Below are positions 27,801 through 39,800 of a stretch of DNA of 64,000 nt, one piece after another. The notes below the pieces were generated by a model, which ran no database searches, had not been told where the DNA came from, and saw only the letters and a program-made list of their open reading frames with translations. Position 1 is the stretch's first letter. Each line of letters begins with the position of its first letter. The stretch lies in assembly GCF_036321535.1 (NCBI RefSeq), contig NC_087437.1:21454001-21518000 (forward strand), in the 5' to 3' direction. A program made the translations under genes and the position numbers. The stretch comes from Camelus dromedarius. Its lineage: Eukaryota.

Positions 27801-30800
27801 GAATCCAAGCTAAATTACATAAAATTGGTGATTCAAAAAGAAAGAAAACAAAGTTTACCTCATATGGGTCGAAAAGTCCAGTTGTACTGGCATTTGAAAA
27901 ATCCGTGGCAAATTCAGAACCTAAATTTACATTGGAAATGATCTATTTGTTATCAGATAGCGTAAGCCAACGCCTGTCCCTAGTTTATAATCTTGACCCT
28001 TTGACTGCCCTCAAATTCATTCCAAAATGTGTATTTCCAGTGCGAAGTCTCCAAAGCAATTTCCCACTTAATCTTTCTGAACTTTAATACTTTACAGAAG
28101 AACTTTCATGTCCAGTGTCACACCATGATTCCCAGTTTAAAGACGAGGAAAGGGGCTCAGAGAAGCAATGTGATCACCTAAAGTGGCAGGCTTGGAACTG
28201 AACTCAAGTCTAACCACTCTTGAATTTAAGACTGTTCCTCAGTCTTATATTGGAGGTTTCATCGCAACTTTAAAATCACCTTTCTCTTCAACAAATCTGA
28301 AATTAATCTAGCTTTACTACAACATGAAGTTACTAGGGTACCAAAAAACAGTATGTCTGGGATAAGGGGGCGTGGGGCGGGGGGAAGAGTTTAAGACATC
28401 CACTTTTTTTACATGAATCATTTCTATCAGTTAAATTCCAGTTACTTGAGACAGATCTATCACACCATCTTTACCTTTTGTGAGCTTATGTAACAACCAG
28501 GTGTCAACAGTCCCAAAGCAGCAGTTGTCCTCTTCAATCGCCTTTTGCACCTTGAAAACACAACAGCACAAATTCAGTTCAAAAATGCTAAATTATTAAG
28601 TGCGTGATTACGTGTCAACCACTAAATACAATACAATCCCATTTTTAAATAAAAATTAATACATACATAGGGAAATAATTTCTAGAATTTACTCCAAACG
28701 GTTCTAGGCAATTACTACAGGGGATGAAAGGCTTTAGTTTTACACCAAGCATGTTCACTTTTGTGATGAAAAAAACGAAGTGTATCAGTTTTTTAGTTTA
28801 GATAAAAATATGTCTAAATATAAAAAGTTTAAAACAGAGGATGGCAGACTATGGCTCACAGGTCAAATCCAACACCAACGTTTTAAATTTTATAACGGTC
28901 AAAAGAAAAAAGAAAGGAAAAAGAATACTTTGTGACACATGAAGAGTATATAAAATTTAAATTTCTATGTCCTTAAGTAAAGGGTTATTGAAACACAAAC
29001 ACACATTTCTTTATGTATTACTTATCACCACTTTCATGCTAAAATGACAGAGTATTTGTGACAGAATCCTCATGACATTCAAAGCCTAAAATGTTACTAT
29101 CTGGCATATTGCAGAAAAATATTCCCAAAGGAAACAAACGAATGAGAACTTCTTTAAACTACCTAATAAAGAAATTGAAATGCTTGTAAAGGAATATTAA
29201 CTTACAGGAAAACAATTCCCTAAATCATACTTTATCATCTCTCCAACTCTTATTTATCCTTCAAGACTAGCATTTCCTGGATACACCCAACCCAGCCCCC
29301 TATGGGTATCTTCCATACAGTCATTCTCGCAAAGCATCTTTACTTCCGTAAGCTCATTAAGAGCAGGAACTAGATTGCACTTATAACTCCAACACCTAGC
29401 AGGGATCCTGCTATATGAATAGCAGATGTTAAAAAAAAAAAAAAGCTTGTTATATAAATGAGGTATAAATGAGGTAAAAAGTTCAGCAAATGGAGACATT
29501 TAAGGTTAAATTATATTTTAATAGTAGAAAGGATCAATAAAATGAAAACAGATGACATGAGTTCCAAAAACAGGTCATTTGTACAGCAAGTATTTTAAAG
29601 ATGCCAAGTGTTATACCACTTAAATATAGAGTACTTAAAGCAGTATTAGTATTTCAAACTCTTCTTAAATTTAGAAATTATGATTCTAAAATTTGTTCCA
29701 GATTAAACAAAGGTTAATCCATATTTCAGCAAGTAGCAACAATGCTGCCAGGTAGTAAGTTCACTTGTTCTTTCAGAACCTACTTGAAAGTCAGGCCCTC
29801 TTGTGAAGCTAAGGGGACACATTGTAGACACCAGGGCTTTCTAAGGCAGGAGGACCAAGGGCAATCCTCCTCACGCTGGGTGAGGATTCCAAATGGCTAT
29901 ACCCTAGAAGAGGGTAAGCTAGAAGGATGGGCTCTTACAGGAACTGCAACTCAGCTTTGAATCATCTCAGTCATTAAACAGGATTTAGATAATCCTGGTG
30001 CCTAGAAGAATGGAAGAAACATACATAAATCCTATCCAGAGCAAGATATGTTAAGGTTCTCATAATTTCTACACACAGTTTCACAAATACAATGTCTAAT
30101 TCATACAGATACATACACACATACAAATAAGTAACCAGGTTCACCAAACTCATAAAGTTGTATACATTAAATGTGCACAGCATTTTGTATGGCAATAGTT
30201 ATACCTCAATAAAGTGGTTTAAAATTAAAAAAAAATTAAATAACCACACATGGGAGGAAATAAGAGGCCATCGTGAAAAAACAACAAAAAAAGAAGAGAC
30301 AGTCCACAAGGGTTACGGATATCAGAATGAATCATCATGGACTTTTAAAAAACCATGCTAATTATGTGAAGAAGAAAAAAAATTCTAGAACTAAAAAATT
30401 AAGAACTTAGTGGATGGGTTTTAATAATAGCACATAAGACACAAATGAAGAGATAATAATAGATTTGGAAGACAGGTTAGAAAAAAACATCCAGAATAAA
30501 GTCCATAGAAACCAAAGAATGGAAAATATGTAAGACAGAGTGAGACACAAAAAAGATTGAGTCAGAAGATTTAACATACATGTAATCAGACTTTCAAAAT
30601 GAAAGAAGATAAGGAGAATGGAGCAGAAATTACATTTGAAGATAATGGCTGAGAAATTTTCCAAATCAACAAAAGACAGCAAGCAATGAATTTAAGATGT
30701 CCTACAACCCAAGTAGGCTGTCATACCTAGATAATCGGTACAGAAAATGTGTCGGATAAAGTCAACATCCACTCATAAAAAGCCAGCAAACTAGGAAAAG

Positions 30801-33800
30801 TAGAGATTGTCCTCAATTTGATAAAGGATATCTAAAGAAAACCTACTACAAATTCATACTAAATAGTAAAATGCTGAAAGCTTTTGTTCCAAGATTAGGA
30901 ATGAGAAAAAAATGTTTGCAGTCATCCCTTCCAGTCAATATATCCTGGAGGTCCTTGCCAATGCAAAGAAAAAGACATAGAAATAAAGTCATATTTCTAC
31001 ATCATACGTTATTGGGGAATTGCAAATTAAACCAATGAGATACTACTTCACACCTATTAGAATGACTAAAATCTAAAATACTGACATCAAATACTAGCCA
31101 GGATGTGAAGCAATCCCCATTAATTGTTGGTAGGAATGTAAAATAGTACAACCACTTTGGAAGACAATTTGGCAGTTTTGTACAAAGCTAAATATAGTCT
31201 GACTGTATGATCCAGCAATTGCATACAAAAGGATTTACCCAAATGAGCTGAAAATTTATATTCATACAAAAACCTGCACACAAATGTTTACCACAGCTTT
31301 ATTCATAACTATAATATACTAATATATATATGATATATATATATCATATATATATTATACTAATATATGATACACAATAAGTTTATACTGTATAGCACAG
31401 GAAACTATATTCAATATCTTGTAGTTAACTTATGGTGAAAAAGAATATGAAAATGAATATATGTATGTTCCTATAAAAAAAAATACTAATCAGTGATTAA
31501 AACAAAAAAAGAAATGAGCTATCAAGCTACAAAATGACATGGAGGAACCTTTAATGCACACTGTTAAGTGAAAGAAGGCAGTATGAAAAGGCTACATTCT
31601 GTACAATTCCAACTATATGACATCCTGGAAAAGGAAAAACTATAGACAGTGAAAAAAAAAAAATCAGTGGTTGCCAGAGGTTCAGGAGTAAGAGGAGAGG
31701 AATGCTAGTAAGTGAAGTGCAAGAGATTTTTAGGCAGTGAAACTATTGTGTATAATACTGTAATCACAGTCACATTATATTAACAATACTTAATAATAAC
31801 ATGTCAATATTGATTCATCAGGTGTAACAAATGTAGCATATTAATGCAAGATGTTAATAATAGGAAAACTGCATTGAGGGTAGAATATGGGAATTGTACT
31901 TTCTGCTCCATGTTTCTGTAAACCTAAAACTCCTCTAAAGTTAAAGTGTACTAATTTTTTTAATCGACAAAAGATGCATTCAGTTTGTCTGTATCTTCTT
32001 GAGTCAGTTTGAGTAGGTTGTGTATTTATAGGAAATTTTCCATTTTACCTAAGTTATCTAATTTGTTGGCCTATACTTGTTCATCATATTGCCTAATGTT
32101 TTTTACTTCTGTGAGGTTGAATTAAAGTTCTTTTATTCATAATTTTAGTTATTTGAGTCTTCTCTTTTTTCCCCCACTTTGTCAGTCTAGCTAATCTTTT
32201 CAAACCAACTTTTGGTTTTGTTGATTTTTTTCAACTATTTTTCTATTCTCTATTTCAGTAATTTTCAGTCAGTCTTTATATTTCTTTTCTGCTTGCTTTG
32301 GGTTTAGTTTGTTCATCTTTTCCCAGTGTCTTAAGGTAGAAAGTTAGGTTTGTTTTATTATAGTCTCTATATGTAATATGGTCTTGATCTGAATTTCCCT
32401 GAAAACACTACACTGTTGTTCAAGTTTTCTATTTCATTGTTGATCTCCTGTCTAGTCGTTCTATCCATTATTGAAAGTGGGTAACTAAAGTCTCCAACTA
32501 GCACTGTTGAATTTCCCATTCAGTTCTGTCAGTTTTTGCTTCCTGCAATTACGTTCTTATAATTATTATATATTTCTGATGGATTGACTTATTATAAAAT
32601 GCCCCTCTTTAGTAATATTTTTTGTTGTTTTAAAGTCTATTTTGTCTGATATTAGCATAGCCACTTAGCTTATGGTTTCTATGATATATCTTTTCCATCC
32701 ATTTACCTTTAACTAATTTATATTTTCTAATCTGAAGCATGTCTCCTATAAAAAGGCATATAGTTTGATTTTTTTCATCCAGTCTAAAACCACAATGAGA
32801 CATTACTACCTATCCACCAAAATGGCTAAAATTAGGAAGACTGATAATAACCATTATGATGATAAATGAAGCTATAAGTTCGCTCATTCACTGATGATGG
32901 GTATATAAATGATCAAAAACTGTAAAAAAAAAAAAAAGAGTTTGCCATTATCTATTAAAGGTGAAAATATATACACATTCAAGCCTAAAAATTCCATTCC
33001 CATGTATAGATATTGCAGAAATGCATTTATATAGCATTATTTATAATGGCCCCAAACTGAAACAACTCAGATGTACATGAACAGGAAGTATAAAAGGATA
33101 AACTATGGTAAAATCATGTACTGAAGAGCAATGAAAATATAAGGAAATTAATTTACACACAATTTGGGCATATGTCACAAATATAATGTTAAGCAAAAGG
33201 AGTCAGACACAAAAGAGGAAGCACTGTATAATTCCACCTATATAAAGTTTTAATATATTCAGGCAAAGAAAGCTAAAGTACAGTGTTGAGGAATAAACAC
33301 ATAAACCATAAAAGTGGAAATAAAATGCAATACATATTGTCACAGTGTTGTAGTTCTTGATTCAAGTAGTCTTACACAGATGTTTGCTCCACAAAATATC
33401 ACTGAATGGTACAGTTTGTTTTGTTCGCTTTTCTATGTGTGCTATGATTCACAATAAAAAGGTTAAAAGAAACAGAGTAAAGATTCCGTGTTTTCTATCT
33501 CAATGTGGTGGGCAGTTAATTTTCCCTCAGATAATCAAATTGCTATCTTATTCCTTCAATTTTTTTTCAGCCCCATAATCTAGATTCACACACACACACA
33601 GTCTTCCCTTACCTCAGTCAGGTTCTGCAAAATCCAGGCCAATCTCAAAGAAACATGCTGGGTTGTGAAAGTGAACAAACTGGCTGCTAAAAATCGTTTA
33701 CTCCTAGTGAAAAAGTGCAGCACTCGGCAGGAACTGTGAATGAGCTATTTTAAAAAAATTTTTAGGAAAATGCATTTAATATATTAATTCCATACACTTG

Positions 33801-36800
33801 CAAACAAACCCAGTAACAAACAGAGTTTGTTTAACTACTTACAGAGTGTTCTCAGCACTTAAAGAAACCAAGTAAAGCAGTATTACCCTAAGCGGACAAT
33901 TTACATTCTAATATATGAAATATAACACATCTACTATGAACTTCTTTAGCAAACACGAGGGCTCAAGTACTTATAAAAGTTTTTCTAAAATAACTATTTT
34001 CTACCCCTTTACCTATTTTTAACTACAGAAGTAAAGGGAGACAGTCAAGGGAGAAGGCTATTTTTCTATCAGAAATATATTTTAATCAAGTTAGCATTAG
34101 GCCAGAAGGGAAGTTTCCCTACACATTACATACTTAAAATTTGGGATGAATGATTTTATTTAATACTGCTTATATTTATCTAATGATCAAAGATGAAACA
34201 TACAGTTTTAAATTTACTTCTTAGTATGCAAAATCTTTAATTGAAAAAAATAAACTTACACAGAAAATCAGCATTGAGTTTTAAGGTAAGACATACAAAA
34301 AAAACAAAACAAAAACAAGCAACAACCAAAAAAAAACCTTCACCCTGTCACCTAACTACAAGGATGCAGATGTAGAATTCAACTTCTGAAGTTGATTTTT
34401 TTCAAAACATTCATTTACAGAGATTTACCCACTTCTTGCATTTTTTTCTGTTATTCCCATCTCTCTCCAAAATAAATTGAAAGATTTTGGTTTATTTATT
34501 TAAAATAGTAATACAAATTTGTTTTCCTTTCACTTTTGGCATAATGCATCAATCAAGAAATGTGTAGACTCAGTTCTCTCTACATTTCAGTTTTGTCTTT
34601 TTTTTTTCTTGAACAATGAGCCTCACTTTAATTTTTTTCCCACCTTTTTGTTTTCCTTTTGGGTGAGAACATTTAAGTTCTACTCTCTTAGCAAATTTCA
34701 GTTATACAATATAGTATTATCAACTACAGTCACCATATTACACATGAGATCCTCAGACTTTATTCATCATATAACTGAAACTCTGCACCCTTTTAACTTC
34801 CTGTTCACCTCATTCAGTACTCAAAACTTCTGCACTTCCTTATATTTTATATTACTATGAAATATAGGACTTTTAAAAAGTACTTAAAGTGACTGCCCGG
34901 AAGCCTGATGTGCTATATGTCAAGAAACAGCTCAAACTGAAATGAGTTCTTCCTCCATAAGCAACTATACTTTTCTCTACAAAAACTTAGGACCCTTCAG
35001 GGATCTCCTGTAGAATGCAGATAACTTGTGGGGCTGGGAGGGGCGCACCAAAAGTCTTAAGAGTTCTAACACCTGCATTTTTAGTCAACATATGAACAAT
35101 GAACCCATTTGTTCATATATTTAACAAATATTTATTGAGTACCTTCTATGTACCAATGCCTGTGCCAGGCCTGGGAAGACAGAATGAACAGTAGAGGCAG
35201 AATCCCTACCTTCCTGAAATTTACATTCTAGTGGGAAGAAACAGACAAATAAGTAATCAAATCAATAAATGAGATAACCTAAGAAGACACTGGTTGTAAA
35301 ATAAACCACTATCTAATGTACCACCAAAAAAGAAAAAAATCCTGCCACTTTAATTATGACATAATGTTAAGATATAATTTATGGTTAAAATGACCAAAAA
35401 AGAAAAACCAAAAACAAAACCCCCAAAACAAAACAAACAAAGAAATCCTGGTAATTAAAAATTCACCCTGGTTAGAAAATCATCCTTTTCAAAACTGGAA
35501 AAAATATATGTCTTATACATTGCTGGTGGGAATGCAAATGGCACAGCCTCTTTGGAAAAAAAGCATGTCAGTTTCTTATAAAAATAAAACATGCAATTAC
35601 CATATGACCTAGCAATTGTACTCTCAGGGTATTTATTCCAGAGACTTGAAAACTTATGCTCACATCAAAAATTCTGTACACAGATGTCCATAACAGCTTT
35701 ATTTGTAACAGCCCCAAAACTGGAATTATTAGCACAGATGTCCTTCAACAGGCAGTACACCTGTACCACTGAATAGAACCTAGCAATAAAGAGAAAACAA
35801 GCCACTGATACATGTAACAACTTGGACTCTCCAGAGAATTATACTAATTGAAAAAAGCATATGCCAAAAGGTTTTGTGCTGCATGATTCCACAGATATAA
35901 CATTTTTGAAATGAGAAGGATTTGCAATGGAGGACAGATTAGTGGTTGCAAGAAGCACGGGACGGGAGAGGGTGGTGAGGTACGCAGGAGAGAGGTGGCT
36001 GTGGTTATAAAAGAGCAACATGAGGGATCCCTGTAGTCCTGGACCTGGTCAGCCCCTTGACTGTGGTGATGGATACATGAACACAGGGAAAAACAAAAAC
36101 TGTACAGAAACTAACACACACACAAACATGCAAAAAAGAAATGAGTGTAAGTAAAACTGGGGGAATCCGAATAAAACCCATTCACAATAATTAATAAAAT
36201 ATTCATGTCAACACTGACTTCTGCTGTAGTCCACTGGGAGAAACTGCAAAGGGCAGGAGGGATTTCTGTATTATTTCTTACAGCTGCAATGTGAATCTAC
36301 AATGATCTCAATTAAAATTTCAATTAAAAATGTTGGTCTCAGAATCTGAAATTTGATGAGTGCTGTGAAAGAAATAAAGGACAGTAACAGAGACTGGATG
36401 GGGCGGGGCTACTTTAAATAAGATGGCAGAGAAGGGCTCCCACAGAGGAGGTGCCGTGGGAGCCAGGCCCAAGGGGTGAGAAGGATGCAGGCATGATGGC
36501 AGACAGAGCCCCATGCAGGTACCAGGCCTTCAGGTGAGAAAGGGCTTGAGTGCTGGCAAGGCTGAAGCCTAATCTTTAGCAGCTTCAGGGAGAAAAGGGT
36601 CCAGGAAGGGGTCAGAGCTGCAGATGGTGTCAAACCATGGTAAGAAGTTAGAATTTTTATGCTAAAAGCAAAGAGAAGCCTTAGCAACCATTAGGCAAGA
36701 ATCAGAACAGCAGTCAGAGGAAGCTGGGTGCCAGGGGGGACTGGCAGGGAACAAGTGTGCCAGGAGACTGCCAGCATGCCTCAATGCTTCACCACTCTGC

Positions 36801-39800
36801 CTGGGGCTCGCCGGCGCAAACGGCCGGCCGCTGTGCGGCTCTGACACACACTCCCGAAACATTCGCCAGGGCCCCCATCAACAGACCGTAAGCATCTGGA
36901 AAAGGATGACTGACTACAGGATGGGGCTCCTTCACTGGCAGGACGGACTCTGGTACCGTGTGTGCTAACCTCTAAGAGTCTGTTTGTGTGCATTCTTCTC
37001 CTAAGAGAGGGCAAAACTTACATCATATACATGTTTGATATCAAGTAGAACAAGTGCTTTGAAGGTTCAGTTTTGGGCTTAAAGTCAGTTTTACCTCATG
37101 ATTTGAGATTTGGGGCTTATACTGCAGAAAGAATTGTTTCCACCGTCACAATTTATTTTCAAAGGGATAAAAGTTGTAAGTTATCACTGACTAACTTAAG
37201 GAACATCTGCTGGATTGATCTATTAAAAACTAGAATTATGTATGAAAGTACAACACCACACATGGTAAATAGTATAATTGTAAATTATACCATTCAAAGT
37301 TCCCATTTCCAAAAAAAAAAAAGTTCCCATTTCCTTATAACCACTTTCAACTCCCTTAATGACTCTGTCTTCCCTGTAAACAGCATCTCTCAGGATCCAG
37401 CCTCACAAATTATTAAAGGTGCATTTTTATGTATTAAACAAAATTTAAAAAATCAATGTGGATGAGAGTATGGCAAATTTGTTTCACTCATGCATTACTG
37501 TCACAGTCTATAACATGTTCATGATTGTTTTCATGTAAAATTAATGTCTCCAAAGACTTACTAAGGAAAACTCATGTTCCAGACACTCTCCCATGCACCA
37601 TCTGGTAGGGGACCCCTAGCTGAGAAGGCATTTAACTGTGTGGCATTAGAAGCATTAAAATAATCAATACGCAGTACTGATTATAAGAGCAAATGGTGCA
37701 GGTTTTACCACATGTGAGGGGCTGGCAAACTGTCTTACCCTCTGACTCAGTGATCTCACACTTAGGAATGAGATGCTGCTGCTGTCACCGTCACCAGCAC
37801 CACCATCATCACTGGCTTACTACGTGCCAGGCGTCATGCTGAGAGGGAGTGGCAGTCTGCTATCCTTTCTCCACTTTTATAACAAAAGATGATGAAATTT
37901 GCACACTTCTGTATCTCCTCTGGATAGAATGTGTATTTTCTTCCACTCCTCCCAGAATGGAAACAAATTCTCATTCATAAGTGAACCTCTGGTCCACCCC
38001 AAACCTCCTCAGGACTTCCTGAAGTGCGATTGTTAAGCACTTCAATCCACCAAACACACTTCTGGGTGACTGAATATATCTCACTGGTGTGGGGAGCGTG
38101 CATAGGTGTATTCTCTTCTTAAAGTCCTAAAACATCAGTGGTAGATTATACAAGTAAGCCTACAGTTAAAGGATATTTACAGGAAAAAACAGTAACATCC
38201 AAATCACAGAACATAAGAAAAAGATTACCTTCATTAAAAGAGAACTATTCCAAGATTTTACAAGTTCAATAGCTCTGAGGTCTTGCCAACTAATGAAGTT
38301 GTGGAAATGATTTCCCGTTTTCCTAAGAAAGATGGAAACAGTATTTTGAGACTCAATAAAAATCAGAGACTATACTATATCATAAATGTGTCATGAGAGA
38401 AAACAAAATTATTTCAAAGTATGACTTAACTAGATGGGGCTTTCTGAATGACTCCTTCTCTTTGATTTTATAAACTGAATACACCCTATAACAATTATGA
38501 TATGACATATAGTATGAAATTGCAGATCAGATTCTATCCAGAAAGATACTTTGAAGCACTAAAATGTATATACTTCCAAAAACAAAACGAAAGTAACGAA
38601 AAGCATTTAAAGACTTGTTTATACACTTTTAAAAGCAAGAAAAAGGAGCTGACACTCCTCCCAGTCACAGTACTGATCCTGACACACACAATCAGATCAA
38701 ACACGTCCGTCCAGAAGAGCTGGAATGCGGCTAGAGCAGTTCTGCATCTCAACTTGCGCACTGCTTTAGCCACTGGTAGCCTACCAGGCTTACCGAAATT
38801 TGTCTAATAAGAAATTCAACTAACTCTGGGTCAATGCTACAATACGAGCACAAAACTAAGAAAATGAGTGGAAAGAAATCCTTTTTCCTTTGAAGCTCCT
38901 GTAAATCAACCACTGACACCCACTCACCTTCACCATCTAGCACACGCCTGCCTTCCGAGCTACCTCCAGGCCTCCTCCTGTGCAACTTCAACCACGTTCG
39001 GATCCCGAGACCATCATTTCCCACTCTTCTCAAGCAGTCCACACGCACGGTCACATCCTCAACTCTGTCACCTGGAAACATGCTACCACTGAAATCCTAA
39101 CATTGTAGGATATCGGTCAACACGTCTTGCTATTACTTCAGTTCTCTCCATCTTACTCCCCAAATACCTTCCCTTCAAACTCACTGCAACCTTTAACCCC
39201 TCAAACACTCCTTTCCTTCCCACCAACCCCTCCTGGGCTCATGCTCCTGAATACCATGGTCTATCACTTTAATAAGTTGCCTTCATACACTCGTTATTCC
39301 TCAACACTCTCTCTTTTTTAAATTGCGGTAAAAGAAACGTAATATAAAATTCACCATTTCAACCATTTTTAAGTGCACAATTCTGTGGCATTAATGTTGT
39401 GTAACCATCACTACTATTTCTAAACCCCTGGCTCTTTCCAACTTCTGGCTACTGCGAATAATGCCTCTGTAAACACTGCTGTACAAGTATCTGTTCAAGT
39501 CCCTGTTTTCAATTCCTTTGGTACATGCCTAGGATTGGATTTGCTGGGCCATGTGGTATTCTATGTTTAGTTTCTGAGGAACTGCCCAACTGCTTTCCAG
39601 AACGGCTGCACCATCCGACATTCCGACAACCAGTATATGAGTTCCGATTTTTCCACATCCTCACCAACACTTGTTATCTTCCACTTTAAAAATTACAGCC
39701 ACACCTGATGGGTGTGAAGTGGGAGCACACACCCATGATGGTTTTGACTTGCATTTCTCCAATGACTAATGATATTGAGCATCTTTTCACGTGCGTATTG

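Noticed and set aside
27778..27858. 81-nt intron 7, a multiple of three, so retention could be in frame
   Set aside because: Canonical GT-AG intron of ordinary short length; its translation in frame meets a stop (ATG TAA), so retention would not extend the protein.
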